A stretch of DNA of 64,000 nt from the IMG/VR virus record IMGVR_UViG_3300044796_000657, positions 366,230 through 430,229 of that record; one strand, 5' to 3'. Below, piece by piece: positions 36,971-46,427 of the stretch. The translations under genes and the position numbers were made by a program. The number at the start of each line of letters is the position of its first letter. Positions within the stretch are counted from its first letter, which is position 1. The notes under the pieces are model-generated. The model made no database searches and had not been told where the DNA came from. It saw only the letters and a list, made by a program, of their open reading frames with translations.

Positions 36971-37038
36971 CGCAATCGTACGGGGTACAGTTGGTTCTCA
37001 TAAGACTAATTTGCTGAGTTCGAGTCTCAGGTTTGCGA
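36971..37038 (+). tRNA. atypical tRNA(CAU), compact D-arm
   Basis: cgcaatc/gtttgcg; gtac-ggg-gtac mini arm; loop ct-cat-aa; T-arm ctgag-ttcgagt-ctcag. Confidence 0.6.
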
Positions 37039-37052
37039 TTTAGGAGAATGTT

Positions 37053-37304
37053 ATGGTGAAGTTTTTAGCAGGCTTAATTCTTGGCCTGATATTGACCGTT
37101 TCAGTGCATACGTATTTCGTTTCAAAAGCGTCACAAGAAAGAATGCCGGGCGTTACGGAAGAAGATGTTCAACAACTTCCGCCCGGTGCTAAAAATCTAA
37201 AAAGTTTGGGGAATCGATGGTTGACTTTCGAAATGGAAGACAAGACCTATTACATGCACAGAGCGTCAAGCACGAATTTGGCACCAATGATCTTTCCGAA
37301 GTAA
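37053..37304 (+). CDS. small membrane-anchored protein
   Basis: N-terminal TM helix; AGGAG SD. Confidence 0.6.
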   Translation: MVKFLAGLILGLILTVSVHTYFVSKASQERMPGVTEEDVQQLPPGAKNLKSLGNRWLTFEMEDKTYYMHRASSTNLAPMIFPK

Positions 37305-37540
37305 TAGAAGTCAATTACAAATCTCAAAAATTAAATCAAAAAAATCGCTGGCACACATGCCCAAATTGTCGTCGCCACAATAGCTTGCTGTACACACCTA
37401 TAACCATCAACAATGTGCTATTTACCAAAATAAAATGTATGGGTTGCGAGTGTTATTCAAACGTCCGCAATTGATCTTCAGTTGATAAATTGTCCCTTTT
37501 TGTTATACTCATCTTATTAGTACTCAAGCGGTGAGAACAC

Positions 37541-38056
37541 ATGCCTAAGATCAGCGACCAAGTAGTTCAGGGTAATAGCCCTGAAGAATTTGACTGCTCA
37601 ACATTGAATCATTCGGTGTTTCCAGTTAACATGCGATTGTTTAATGTCAGTCCATTCTATCGCCAGATCATTATGGACTGTATCCAATACATGGAGAGTC
37701 ACCTTAACATGCACTTTGATGATTACCACAATCACCGTGGAATCAGTGGTGCTGAGTTAGGCTTACCTTGGAATATCATCGCTTACAAACACGGCCAAGT
37801 TAAAAAATATTGTATCAACCCAAAAATCATTAACGTCTCAAAAGACGGCGTAGAAACCGAAACCAAGTGTGGTGCTTTGAAACTCGATAAGGCCGTTAAG
37901 GTTTTTCGGCATTCATTCATTGACTTGGAATATTACGATCTTAAGGGTGGTCATATTGTTGAACGGAATATTGGTCGTACTGAAGGCGGATTTACAATTC
38001 AGCACGAAATCGATCACAACAACGGCATCAGTATCCTCGACAGGGAGATAAAGTAA
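37541..38056 (+). CDS. def: divergent peptide deformylase
   Basis: GISGAELG, INPKI, ETKCGAL, IQHEIDHNNGI; motifs 1 and 2 degenerate. Confidence 0.75.
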   Translation: MPKISDQVVQGNSPEEFDCSTLNHSVFPVNMRLFNVSPFYRQIIMDCIQYMESHLNMHFDDYHNHRGISGAELGLPWNIIAYKHGQVKKYCINPKIINVSKDGVETETKCGALKLDKAVKVFRHSFIDLEYYDLKGGHIVERNIGRTEGGFTIQHEIDHNNGISILDREIK

Positions 38057-38457
38057 TGTTCTGGAACAACGAAAAAAACACCAAGCTGGCAACGGTTGGT
38101 GCGAAGACTACGGCGATTGCGGAAGCGGTCATCGCTTCGCCGACTGACATTACGATCCATCGGGGGCCATCTTCTTTGTCGCCCCGTGCGCCCAGTAATT
38201 CACTGGTACAGTTTCGTAGCAAAGCAATTATGATTGCTGGCCAAGAAGTTAAGATCGATCCTTATCAATTGATTCGGGCCATCAAACGTGTTACTCAGCA
38301 AATCGGTGAGTACAAAGATAACGACGATATTTTTTCTCTCGTCTCGGCTAACGCATTCCGCAAAGCCCGTGGTGATCTAGTTAACAAACTGGAAGTTCAC
38401 TTCCATATCCACTGGCACATTGACAAAGAAACCGGCGAATCTGTCTTTTACATGTAA
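38056..38457 (+). CDS. hypothetical protein
   Basis: ORF in operon. Confidence 0.6.
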   Translation: MFWNNEKNTKLATVGAKTTAIAEAVIASPTDITIHRGPSSLSPRAPSNSLVQFRSKAIMIAGQEVKIDPYQLIRAIKRVTQQIGEYKDNDDIFSLVSANAFRKARGDLVNKLEVHFHIHWHIDKETGESVFYM

Positions 38458-38465
38458 GGGAAACT

Positions 38466-38780
38466 ATGCTCAAAGTCACTGGTGGGAAAAAGGGAAGTTC
38501 CAATGATCCTATGCTGGCCGCTTTGGAAAAATTGCGGTTAGCAGAAAAGGAAGTCGAAGAACTGAAAAAAACGAACGGTTGGACTCCAAAGTCTTTGGAG
38601 TCGTACACTGCCGCTGAAAAAACGGCTTGGTTTGACACGATGTACTCTTCGGCCTTGCAGCACTTTAACGAACGTAAGGCTGGAAAGTTTTCCGAAGATG
38701 ATGATGACGCACGATACACTTTTGAGAACGTCATTGAATTGCTTGGCAAGGATGTATGGGATACCCTCAATAAGTTTTAA
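38466..38780 (+). CDS. hypothetical protein
   Basis: ORF in operon. Confidence 0.6.
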   Translation: MLKVTGGKKGSSNDPMLAALEKLRLAEKEVEELKKTNGWTPKSLESYTAAEKTAWFDTMYSSALQHFNERKAGKFSEDDDDARYTFENVIELLGKDVWDTLNKF

Positions 38781-38785
38781 TGTGA

Positions 38786-39109
38786 GTGATAATGATATTT
38801 CGGTATTTGTCGGTATTCTTTCTGTTGAATCTTGTAGATGGATTTATCACGCAGTATCTTCTTGCGAATGATTACGAAGTTGACGAGTTCAATCCAGTTA
38901 TTAACTACACGGTAAATCATTGGGGATGGACTGGCTTTTGGATTTACAAAGCCCTCATTTTGCCCCTTTTGATGTCTGGCGTTTTCTTTTTCTTTCGTGG
39001 TGAAAAGCGTTTGCGAATAATTAAGTGGTCGTGTATCGGTTTTGGCGTTCTGGTTTTTTACATGACTATTTTGTTTTTGATACAGATTTTAGGAGTCGGC
39101 CATGTATAA
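38786..39109 (+). CDS. membrane protein (DUF5658-like)
   Basis: LNLVDGFITQY..EFNPVI; multiple TM helices. Confidence 0.55.
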   Translation: MIMIFRYLSVFFLLNLVDGFITQYLLANDYEVDEFNPVINYTVNHWGWTGFWIYKALILPLLMSGVFFFFRGEKRLRIIKWSCIGFGVLVFYMTILFLIQILGVGHV

Positions 39110-39377
39110 GGTCGCAGATGTCAGAAAAGCAATAGAGTACCACAAAGCTCGTCAATTACGTACGGACTTCGTACTTGAACATTACGAAGCCATTGCTTGT
39201 GATGCCTCACATCCGGCAATTCGGTTTGGTATGTTAAAGAACATAGCAATTCTGCGTGAACAAAACACGCTTGCGAGAGCCAAAAATCGGCGTGAAATTG
39301 CTATGTTAGAACACCTCTTGGCTGAAGATGAAGCAGCCAATTTCTGGAAAGGTGAAGATCGGTTGTTAGACATATGA
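39102..39377 (+). CDS. hypothetical protein
   Basis: ORF in operon. Confidence 0.55.
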   Translation: MYKVADVRKAIEYHKARQLRTDFVLEHYEAIACDASHPAIRFGMLKNIAILREQNTLARAKNRREIAMLEHLLAEDEAANFWKGEDRLLDI

Positions 39378-39904
39378 ATGAAATGTTAATGCCAGACGAA
39401 GGCTTTCAAAAACTGTGCGATGAATTTCTTACTCCCGATTCTATGGTTGTTGAAATCGGCGCTTACAAGGGTGGCAATTCTGTATTTCTGTCAGCAAATT
39501 GTCTCGTATTAGCCTGTATTGATGAATGGCGAGATTACGAAGACAATGGTGTTTCATATAAGGAAATGGTAGAATCGGAAGCATACTTTGATGTGCAGGT
39601 TGCTCATTTGGACAATGTACACAAATTTAGAACGAGCAGTCGAGTAGCGGCGAGTATGTTTGGGAACAGGATTGTTGATCTTGTGTACATAGATACAAGA
39701 ACCACTTATGCGTCCATCAAAGAGGATGTTGAGAATTGGTGGCCGAAGGTTAAGTTTGGCGGGACGATAAGCGGCAGTCATTACAATCTTCCAGAAGTCA
39801 AAAAGGCAATCGATGAAATATTCGAAAAAGCCGATAGGGTCTACAGTGATAATTCGTGGGCTATTATGAAATTTCCGGGTCGGTGGCAAGAAAACGAGAA
39901 GTAA
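39374..39904 (+). CDS. class I SAM-dependent methyltransferase
   Basis: VVEIGAYKGGNS, DLVYID, WWPKVKFGGTISG. Confidence 0.8.
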   Translation: MNEMLMPDEGFQKLCDEFLTPDSMVVEIGAYKGGNSVFLSANCLVLACIDEWRDYEDNGVSYKEMVESEAYFDVQVAHLDNVHKFRTSSRVAASMFGNRIVDLVYIDTRTTYASIKEDVENWWPKVKFGGTISGSHYNLPEVKKAIDEIFEKADRVYSDNSWAIMKFPGRWQENEK

Positions 39905-39912
39905 AGTGCTCC

Positions 39913-40086
39913 ATGCCTAAAAAAGATGATGTCTGCCATTGCCCGTGTCATTCTTCGCCGACAACGATTATCCACATAATGGCTTGTTGTTACAAATGCC
40001 CCAAGTGTGGTCAAAATATTAAGAACGAGTGTTATGATGAACATGTCAAAAAATGCGGAAAAGAAAAACCGGCTGATCGACATTGA
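39913..40086 (+). CDS. small Cys/His-rich metal-binding protein
   Basis: CHCPCH, CCYKCPKC. Confidence 0.5.
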   Translation: MPKKDDVCHCPCHSSPTTIIHIMACCYKCPKCGQNIKNECYDEHVKKCGKEKPADRH

Positions 40087-40381
40087 TGGTACGGTGTGTG
40101 AAGACATCGCAAATGAAAACTCTCATTTGTATCCAACTGCCAAACTTTGGCCCGGTTCGGTTCAGAAAATCAACTTTTTTTATGATCAAGGCGATTTCAT
40201 TGTGTTCTTTACGGCACGTGAAGAAAAGGATAGAAAAGTTACTGAAGATTGGTTACAATCCAATGGCTTCAAGTATCACGCCCTAATAACTGGAAAGCCC
40301 AGAGGCGGCAATTACCAGTGGATAGACAATCTCAAAGGGGAGTTTGTTCTATTTGAGGGCGATTGGGAGAAAATCCTGTGA
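40043..40381 (+). CDS. HAD-superfamily phosphatase-like protein
   Basis: LIDIDGTV, FFTAR, GKPR, WIDN; start approximate. Confidence 0.75.
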   Translation: MSKNAEKKNRLIDIDGTVCEDIANENSHLYPTAKLWPGSVQKINFFYDQGDFIVFFTAREEKDRKVTEDWLQSNGFKYHALITGKPRGGNYQWIDNLKGEFVLFEGDWEKIL

Positions 40382-40614
40382 AACCTTTCGGCATCATCTT
40401 AATGTTGATCGCTTTTGGAATGCTAATTGGTGGATTTTATGACTCTCATGATTTGCGTTGGGAATTTCCCGATGCGACTGAGCGTCGATTGTGGATTGAC
40501 CATTCGGATCGTTTGATGATGCAATGCGGATTGTTATTCGGCGGTTTCGTTGTTGGTTTCATAGGCTATCTTTTGATGGCACTTGATAACAGAAGATATT
40601 AACTAACATCACAA

Positions 40615-40950
40615 ATGAGAACTTCTATGAAATGGCTTCAAGACAAAATTGTTAAGTTGTTATTCAAGAAGCCGTATTACACCGGTAATTTTGCAACAAA
40701 CCTGATTTATTTCTTTTGTCATTTGTTCGTGTCGCCGCCGTATTTACAAGGTCGCTTTTTGACCTTTACCAAAGAGGCTTTACAGAGCAACCCTCATTGG
40801 AAATATCAGCACGGACAGACTCTTATTGTACAACGCCGTGAGTGGATACCGGCAAAGTATAATTTGATACCGGGCTACCATTATCATTTAGAGCGATTCG
40901 ATGGAAAAACCATTATTTTCCACGAGAATTGGTTAACACTCCTAAGATGA
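40615..40950 (+). CDS. hypothetical protein
   Basis: ORF in operon. Confidence 0.55.
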   Translation: MRTSMKWLQDKIVKLLFKKPYYTGNFATNLIYFFCHLFVSPPYLQGRFLTFTKEALQSNPHWKYQHGQTLIVQRREWIPAKYNLIPGYHYHLERFDGKTIIFHENWLTLLR

Positions 40951-40953
40951 GGA

Positions 40954-41304
40954 ATGATCATGAGCCTTTACGGACTTCAAAAACAGTTTGAGTATTATCG
41001 TGATGTGGATCAGCAATTGGACGATTACAGTGCCGCTCAGACGAAAAGGCGTGCCGTGATTCTTCCCGAAGCGGAACTTCAAGTGGAAGCAACGGAACTT
41101 CACGGCAAAATTCTGAATACGATGATGAAACACGCCCGCAACGGCTGGTCAAATGTTCCTTTGAAAACCCATCCGGAATGTGTCATTAACCGGGTGATTG
41201 CCATGTTAGCCGAAAAAGGCATCAAGGCAAAACATTCTTACAATGAACATACCCCCAAATACGACCATTTGGGGATTGATTTGAGTACCGTGAAGGTAGG
41301 GTAA
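40954..41304 (+). CDS. hypothetical protein
   Basis: GAGGA SD. Confidence 0.6.
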   Translation: MIMSLYGLQKQFEYYRDVDQQLDDYSAAQTKRRAVILPEAELQVEATELHGKILNTMMKHARNGWSNVPLKTHPECVINRVIAMLAEKGIKAKHSYNEHTPKYDHLGIDLSTVKVG

Positions 41305-41603
41305 TGAGCAATTGTAAAGCACAAGCTGAGAGGTTGTTGAAGGGCGAGACGGTGAAGTTTCGCCCTGTTGGTAATTCAATGCGGCCCAAAATTGAAAGCA
41401 AGGCATTAGTTACTGTTTCGCCTGACATTGAAGAGATTGTTAAAGGTGACATTGTTCTTTGTAAAGTAAACGGTTATTATTGCGTACATCTGGTGGGTGC
41501 CGTCAAAGGAAACCAATATCAGATTACCAATGCCAAAGGCTATGTGAATGGTTGGATTACCAAAAATGGCATTTACGGCAAAGTAATCGAAGTGGAAAAT
41601 TAG
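41304..41603 (+). CDS. S24/S26 peptidase-like protein
   Basis: FRPVGNSMRPKI, GDIVLCKV. Confidence 0.6.
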   Translation: MSNCKAQAERLLKGETVKFRPVGNSMRPKIESKALVTVSPDIEEIVKGDIVLCKVNGYYCVHLVGAVKGNQYQITNAKGYVNGWITKNGIYGKVIEVEN

Positions 41604-41673
41604 GCCCGGTCGTCTATCGGCAGGACATCACATTCTCAATGTGAGAAGAAGAGTTCAATTCTCTTTCGGGTCA
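41603..41673 (+). tRNA. tRNA-Glu(CUC)
   Basis: tcaca-tt-ctc-aa-tgtga. Confidence 0.88.
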
Positions 41674-41691
41674 CTTAATTTCAATGGGGCA

Positions 41692-42252
41692 ATGATGACT
41701 AAGATTCTCATCGGAAAATCTGGCGGACAAGAAGCTAAGTTATCAACGCTAATCAATCCAAGTATGGATTTTACCGGAACGAGACCAGATTTAACGAAAT
41801 TGTTTACCGGTACCCGCATGACAAGGGAAATGGGTAATATAATTTCCTCGTCTAGTAGAATGCCTAGAATCTTATTGTCTAGCGACTATTCTAAGCCGAT
41901 GACCAGACAAGCGTTAATTGAAAAATTCTTGGCCAAAGGTTGGTTGACGGAAAAACAAGAAGATGGAATGAAGCCGTGGATTCGTGACATGCTCAATGAG
42001 TTTGCCATTGAAATCTTGCTTCATGCTAAAAATGGTGGTATTGATCAATTATTATCGGAAATCAACTTGCCTCAAAAAAGACCAAGTGTTATTCCATTAA
42101 AAATTATATCGTCACCACCTGTCAAGCCAACAAAAAGCACAATCGCCATTAATGAAATCGATGGTGATTTGTTGGGCGGTGAAAAAACGGTTAAGTTACA
42201 AGATGTTGTTTTAAAAAACCCAAATGAGGATGATCACTATGGTTGTTGTTAA
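41692..42252 (+). CDS. hypothetical protein
   Basis: Start moved past tRNA-Glu. Confidence 0.6.
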   Translation: MMTKILIGKSGGQEAKLSTLINPSMDFTGTRPDLTKLFTGTRMTREMGNIISSSSRMPRILLSSDYSKPMTRQALIEKFLAKGWLTEKQEDGMKPWIRDMLNEFAIEILLHAKNGGIDQLLSEINLPQKRPSVIPLKIISSPPVKPTKSTIAINEIDGDLLGGEKTVKLQDVVLKNPNEDDHYGCC

Positions 42253-42427
42253 TTGTTTGAAGCGTAGCGGACGTTGGCTCATTGGTCGCATCCGTTGGTC
42301 TTGTGGTAAGTGTCCAAATTGCGGCCACGTTTTTGGAACAGATACGCATAAATGCGATCTTTGCAGGGATGCTCAAAATGCCGACTTGAAGTTGTGGGTC
42401 GATTTTGGACACAGCTTACATAAATAA
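42224..42427 (+). CDS. small zinc-ribbon protein
   Basis: CPNC..CDLC. Confidence 0.5.
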   Translation: MRMITMVVVNCLKRSGRWLIGRIRWSCGKCPNCGHVFGTDTHKCDLCRDAQNADLKLWVDFGHSLHK

Positions 42428-42434
42428 AAACTAA

Positions 42435-42521
42435 GGAAGGTTTAGTACATTGGCAAGTCAGCCGGTCTTGAAAACCGTTACACCTGAAAGGGTGTTGTCA
42501 GTTCGACTCTGACACCTTCCG
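42435..42521 (+). tRNA. tRNA-Ser(UGA)
   Basis: cggt-ct-tga-aa-accg; long variable arm. Confidence 0.9.
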
Positions 42522-42542
42522 CTTGAATTTTCGTAAAAATAA

Positions 42543-42613
42543 GCCGTTTTAGTGTAATGGTAGCACGCTGGCCTGAAAACCCGGTAGTCTAAGTTCAAAT
42601 CTCAGAGACGGCA
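42543..42613 (+). tRNA. tRNA-Phe(GAA)
   Basis: loop ct-gaa-aa; gccgttt/agacggc. Confidence 0.82.
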
Positions 42614-42648
42614 CTTTATTAAACATTAACTTTTTTAGGAGATGCATC

Positions 42649-42996
42649 GTGTTTGTTATGACTGCATGTGTCTTCCATGAAGACGATGAAAGTCCAGAAT
42701 TTTTCCTGAATGAAGATGTAGCTTTAGGGTTTCTGGAACTTCTGGATAAAATTCCATTCGCTTTTTCCGATTACGCAACCTCTGACGCATTCATTGACAA
42801 TCGCCCACTGGGATTTAGCGGTTACGAAGTTAACGATGCCGAATCTGGTAATTATTGGGAAATTCGTGGTAAAACCGTATTCAAATTTGATACTAAGGGT
42901 GTTTGGTTAGGTAATGACGATGAAGAGATCCTAGAAGCATTTTTGTACAATCACATCACCGAGCCGATCATCAAGGCACTCGCTACCAAATCCTGA
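42649..42996 (+). CDS. acidic hypothetical protein
   Basis: AGGAG SD. Confidence 0.6.
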   Translation: MFVMTACVFHEDDESPEFFLNEDVALGFLELLDKIPFAFSDYATSDAFIDNRPLGFSGYEVNDAESGNYWEIRGKTVFKFDTKGVWLGNDDEEILEAFLYNHITEPIIKALATKS

Positions 42997-43564
42997 CCGC
43001 TTTGTAAAGATTGTAAGAGTTTTGGGGTCTGCCCGAAATGGTCATACCTAAGCGGTGGTATACACGACCGTCACCGTCAATATCTGCCCATCTGTTAACC
43101 ATTTTGTTGCGAGTGATAAAGCTGCGGCGGCGCTTAACGTAAGGGTCTTCGAAAAAGATGTATTTTTCGTCATATCCAATAGCAATAACCCAATGGCCAC
43201 ACCAAATCAAGTCACGATAATAGCGGTGTGAGCCATATGCTTGTATGGCGCACATAACAGGGTTGCCATTGTCCAGTGAAGTTAACAATTGATCCAGTTC
43301 TAGGTTTTTTTCAACACGGACAGTTAATCCAAGATTTCGTAAGCCAGATACGATATTAATTGGCTTAGTTCCATCAGCTTTATCAGTACTTAGCAATTTG
43401 CCCCAAGCGGCCTCTCCTTGTGGCCCAACACCATAATAACGGCCTAAAGTACGACAGGCAGCGGCTCCGCAGCTATGCCATGTTGATTGCTGGTAGTGCG
43501 GTAGTGGAACTAAAATCCCGGTTGGATTTATGTTGATCTGGTTTTTTTCGAACCATTCTTCCAT
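42983..43564 (-). CDS. C39-like cysteine peptidase
   Basis: QQSTWHSCGAA, GHWVIAIGYD, EDP. Confidence 0.8.
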   Translation of the reverse strand: MEEWFEKNQININPTGILVPLPHYQQSTWHSCGAAACRTLGRYYGVGPQGEAAWGKLLSTDKADGTKPINIVSGLRNLGLTVRVEKNLELDQLLTSLDNGNPVMCAIQAYGSHRYYRDLIWCGHWVIAIGYDEKYIFFEDPYVKRRRSFITRNKMVNRWADIDGDGRVYHRLGMTISGRPQNSYNLYKAVRIW

Positions 43565-43598
43565 GACTTAACTTAGTAAGACACAATATGAGGTATTT

Positions 43599-44099
43599 AT
43601 GACTCTTCTCGCAGACCTTAGAACAAAACTTGTAGTGGCCTTAAAAGCCAAAAAAGAAACTGAAAAATCGATCATTCGTATCGTTTTGGGTGAAGTGGCG
43701 ACACATCAAGGCCGTACTGGAAAAGAACCGTCAGATGATGATGTCAAGCGTATTATCAAAAAATTGATTCAAAGTAATCAAGAAACAATGAATTTTTATG
43801 AAGATGAAATAGGTGGGTGTTTAGACGCCCAACGCAAATGGGACACCCTTGCCGAAGAAAACTTGATTTTATTAAGTATTGTCCCACCTGCTAGGAAGTT
43901 GGATGCTAACGGCATTTACAACACTGCTTTGCTTGCTGGCGAACCGATATTTAACAACCTCAAAGATGCCAAATCGGAAGGTCAGGCAATTGGGCTTTGT
44001 TTTAAATATCTTAAGAGTTATAATTGGGAGTCTGAACCCGATGATGTATTACAGGCAGTTAAAAGGATTCGCTCTGAAGGACATATCCTCAGCATTTAA
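43599..44099 (+). CDS. GatB/YqeY domain protein
   Basis: LRTKLVVALKAKKETEKSIIRIVLGEV..DDDVKRIIKKLI. Confidence 0.75.
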   Translation: MTLLADLRTKLVVALKAKKETEKSIIRIVLGEVATHQGRTGKEPSDDDVKRIIKKLIQSNQETMNFYEDEIGGCLDAQRKWDTLAEENLILLSIVPPARKLDANGIYNTALLAGEPIFNNLKDAKSEGQAIGLCFKYLKSYNWESEPDDVLQAVKRIRSEGHILSI

Positions 44100-44107
44100 G
44101 GTATCTA

Positions 44108-44569
44108 ATGGAAGTTCACATCAGATCGCATAAAGAAGCATTGGCAATGATTGTTGCCAAGCCGAATACGTACGATGTGATTTTCATCAATGAGCCGTAT
44201 TTCGGTGTTGATGCGATATTTAAACAAAAATCTCGCAGCTTAACAACTCACTTTTTCCATGATCTTGAAAGACCTATCAAGGGAAGAAGGATGCCAAAAT
44301 ACAACGACGTTAAGGCAATGTTGGATTTTGTAGATAAGAAATCCAACATTCTCTGCTGTTGTCCAAGTGGAATTTCTCGCAGCGCAGCCATTGGGTATGC
44401 TGTTACGTGTATGAAATTTTACAACCCCGAAGCGGCCTTGAAAATTTTAGATTATGATAAGCATATTCCCAATGTATTAATTTCACAATACGCAAGTGAA
44501 ATTTTACAAAAACCAGACATACTCGGTCGCATCAATCGGTTTAGAGAAGGTGTTTTTTCCACCCTATAA
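44108..44569 (+). CDS. protein-tyrosine/dual-specificity phosphatase-like protein
   Basis: CCCPSGISRSAA (Cx5R), FFHD, HIPN. Confidence 0.8.
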   Translation: MEVHIRSHKEALAMIVAKPNTYDVIFINEPYFGVDAIFKQKSRSLTTHFFHDLERPIKGRRMPKYNDVKAMLDFVDKKSNILCCCPSGISRSAAIGYAVTCMKFYNPEAALKILDYDKHIPNVLISQYASEILQKPDILGRINRFREGVFSTL

Positions 44570-44582
44570 AGGCAAGATTAAT

Positions 44583-45863
44583 ATGTCCATGCTCGCCGAA
44601 GCTAAACAGCAATTAGAAGCCGCTTACAAATATGCTTCCATTGATCCTGAATCGTGGGAGCGTCTTCAACACCCCCAAAGAACCATACAATGTGCCATTC
44701 CTATGAGGCACGATGATGGGGTACTTCAAGTTTACAAAGCGTACAGATGTCAATACGACACGACATTGGGGCCAGCAAAGGGCGGCATTCGCTACCATCC
44801 ACACGTTGACCGTGACCATTGTGAAGCATTAGCCTTCTGGATGACTTTCAAGTGTGCTGCTGTTAAGATTCCTTTCGGTGGGGCAAAAGGTGGAATTGCC
44901 GTTGATGCCAAGAGTCTTTCCCACCGAGAATTGGAACGATTGAGCAAAGCTTACATTGATGCTTTCGCCGATGTGATTGGCCCGGACATTGATATTCCGG
45001 CACCTGATATGTATACCGACGAACGGACGATGGGTTGGATGTACAGCGAATACCGCAAGATCAAGGGCGGTCATCCCAAAGATATGATTACTGGTAAGCC
45101 GACTGCTTTGGGTGGCATTGAAGGCCGACACAGTGCTACAGGATACGGTGGCTTTTTCGTCTTGGATACAATTCTGAAGCAATACGCAAGTCAAATCAAT
45201 TTGAAGTTAAGTGAAGGCCAAAAAACCATTGCCTTACAGGGATTTGGTAAGGTCGGTACTTGGCTTGCCGAAAAGGCTTGGGAGCAAGGATACAAAGTTG
45301 TTGCGATCACTAATGAATTTGGCGGTGTATATGAACCCAAACACGGTTTACATATTCCTACTGCCAAAGCCGCACAAGAAGAATCGGGCGGTAAGAGTTG
45401 GGGTGTCCACGCAGCGGAAACATCTGTTATCACCAATGAAGATTTGTTAGCTTTGGATGTTGACGTTCTTGTCCCTGCCGCAATGGAACGAGTGATTACA
45501 GACAAGAATGCGAATGCTGTACAGGCCAAGATTATTTTGGAGCTTGCCAACGGCCCGACTACGAATGCGGCTGATACCATTTTGAATGATCGTGGAATTT
45601 TTGTTATCCCAGACATTTTGGCGAATGCCGGTGGGGTGGTTGTCAGTTATTTTGAATGGGTGCAAAACAGAGGTGGCATCGTTAAGTCACTAGAAGAAGT
45701 GAATAAGGAATTACGTACGGTTATGTTGGGAGCAACGAACAAAGCGATGGATCGATTACTGGAATTCAAAATCCCGCTTAGGACAGCAACGTACGCATTA
45801 GCTTTGAAGCGTATCGGAATGGCTAATGAGAGCCTTGGCGTGAGGCAGTATTTCAGGAAATAA
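44583..45863 (+). CDS. gdhA: Glu/Leu/Phe/Val dehydrogenase (glutamate dehydrogenase)
   Basis: GPAKGGIRY, GGAKGG, DIPAPD, ITGKP, QGFGKVG, ELANGP, ANAGGV. Confidence 0.93.
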   Translation: MSMLAEAKQQLEAAYKYASIDPESWERLQHPQRTIQCAIPMRHDDGVLQVYKAYRCQYDTTLGPAKGGIRYHPHVDRDHCEALAFWMTFKCAAVKIPFGGAKGGIAVDAKSLSHRELERLSKAYIDAFADVIGPDIDIPAPDMYTDERTMGWMYSEYRKIKGGHPKDMITGKPTALGGIEGRHSATGYGGFFVLDTILKQYASQINLKLSEGQKTIALQGFGKVGTWLAEKAWEQGYKVVAITNEFGGVYEPKHGLHIPTAKAAQEESGGKSWGVHAAETSVITNEDLLALDVDVLVPAAMERVITDKNANAVQAKIILELANGPTTNAADTILNDRGIFVIPDILANAGGVVVSYFEWVQNRGGIVKSLEEVNKELRTVMLGATNKAMDRLLEFKIPLRTATYALALKRIGMANESLGVRQYFRK

Positions 45864-45866
45864 CTT

Positions 45867-46220
45867 ATGGTTGATTTTAGAAGCACTAGGAATTATCATT
45901 TGAATGGTCGCAACGTAATACCGTGTAGTGGTTTTTTCTTTCAATTGATCCAATCTCAACAAGTTGGCTCATTTGTAGTCGCTCAAATCAAGTACACAAC
46001 ATGTACTACTTTTGACGGCAATAAAATCATCGTGTTTGATGGAATGAAAATTGACGATTTGATGAAGTTAAAAACCATCGATCCTCATTTTTCCGAAGAA
46101 GTAAAAAATTGCCATCCAATAGCAAGGTTCATGCCAACGCCTGAAGGATGGAATCACGCAATAAAGTTTTGCGAAATGTTAAGTGTTGAACAGTCGGCTT
46201 GTCCACAATATTCTTTTTGA
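45867..46220 (+). CDS. hypothetical protein
   Basis: ORF in operon. Confidence 0.6.
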   Translation: MVDFRSTRNYHLNGRNVIPCSGFFFQLIQSQQVGSFVVAQIKYTTCTTFDGNKIIVFDGMKIDDLMKLKTIDPHFSEEVKNCHPIARFMPTPEGWNHAIKFCEMLSVEQSACPQYSF

Positions 46221-46229
46221 GGTTTTTCT

Positions 46230-46418
46230 ATGAAGTCTTTTCTTATTGGTTTGGTAATTTTGGCTATTGGTTTCGGTGGAGGCTTATATGCTTCCAAGTT
46301 TGATTGTGTTCGCTCATGTCCTTGTCTCGGCAAAGTTTGCGGTGCCAAGGAGTGCCCATGCCCATGTCCACCTGCTAAGGGTGATGTTGCCGGTGACTGC
46401 TGCGTTCCAAAGAAGTAA
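46230..46418 (+). CDS. small secreted Cys-rich protein
   Basis: Signal/TM segment then multiple Cys. Confidence 0.55.
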   Translation: MKSFLIGLVILAIGFGGGLYASKFDCVRSCPCLGKVCGAKECPCPCPPAKGDVAGDCCVPKK

Positions 46419-46427
46419 ATTGAATCC

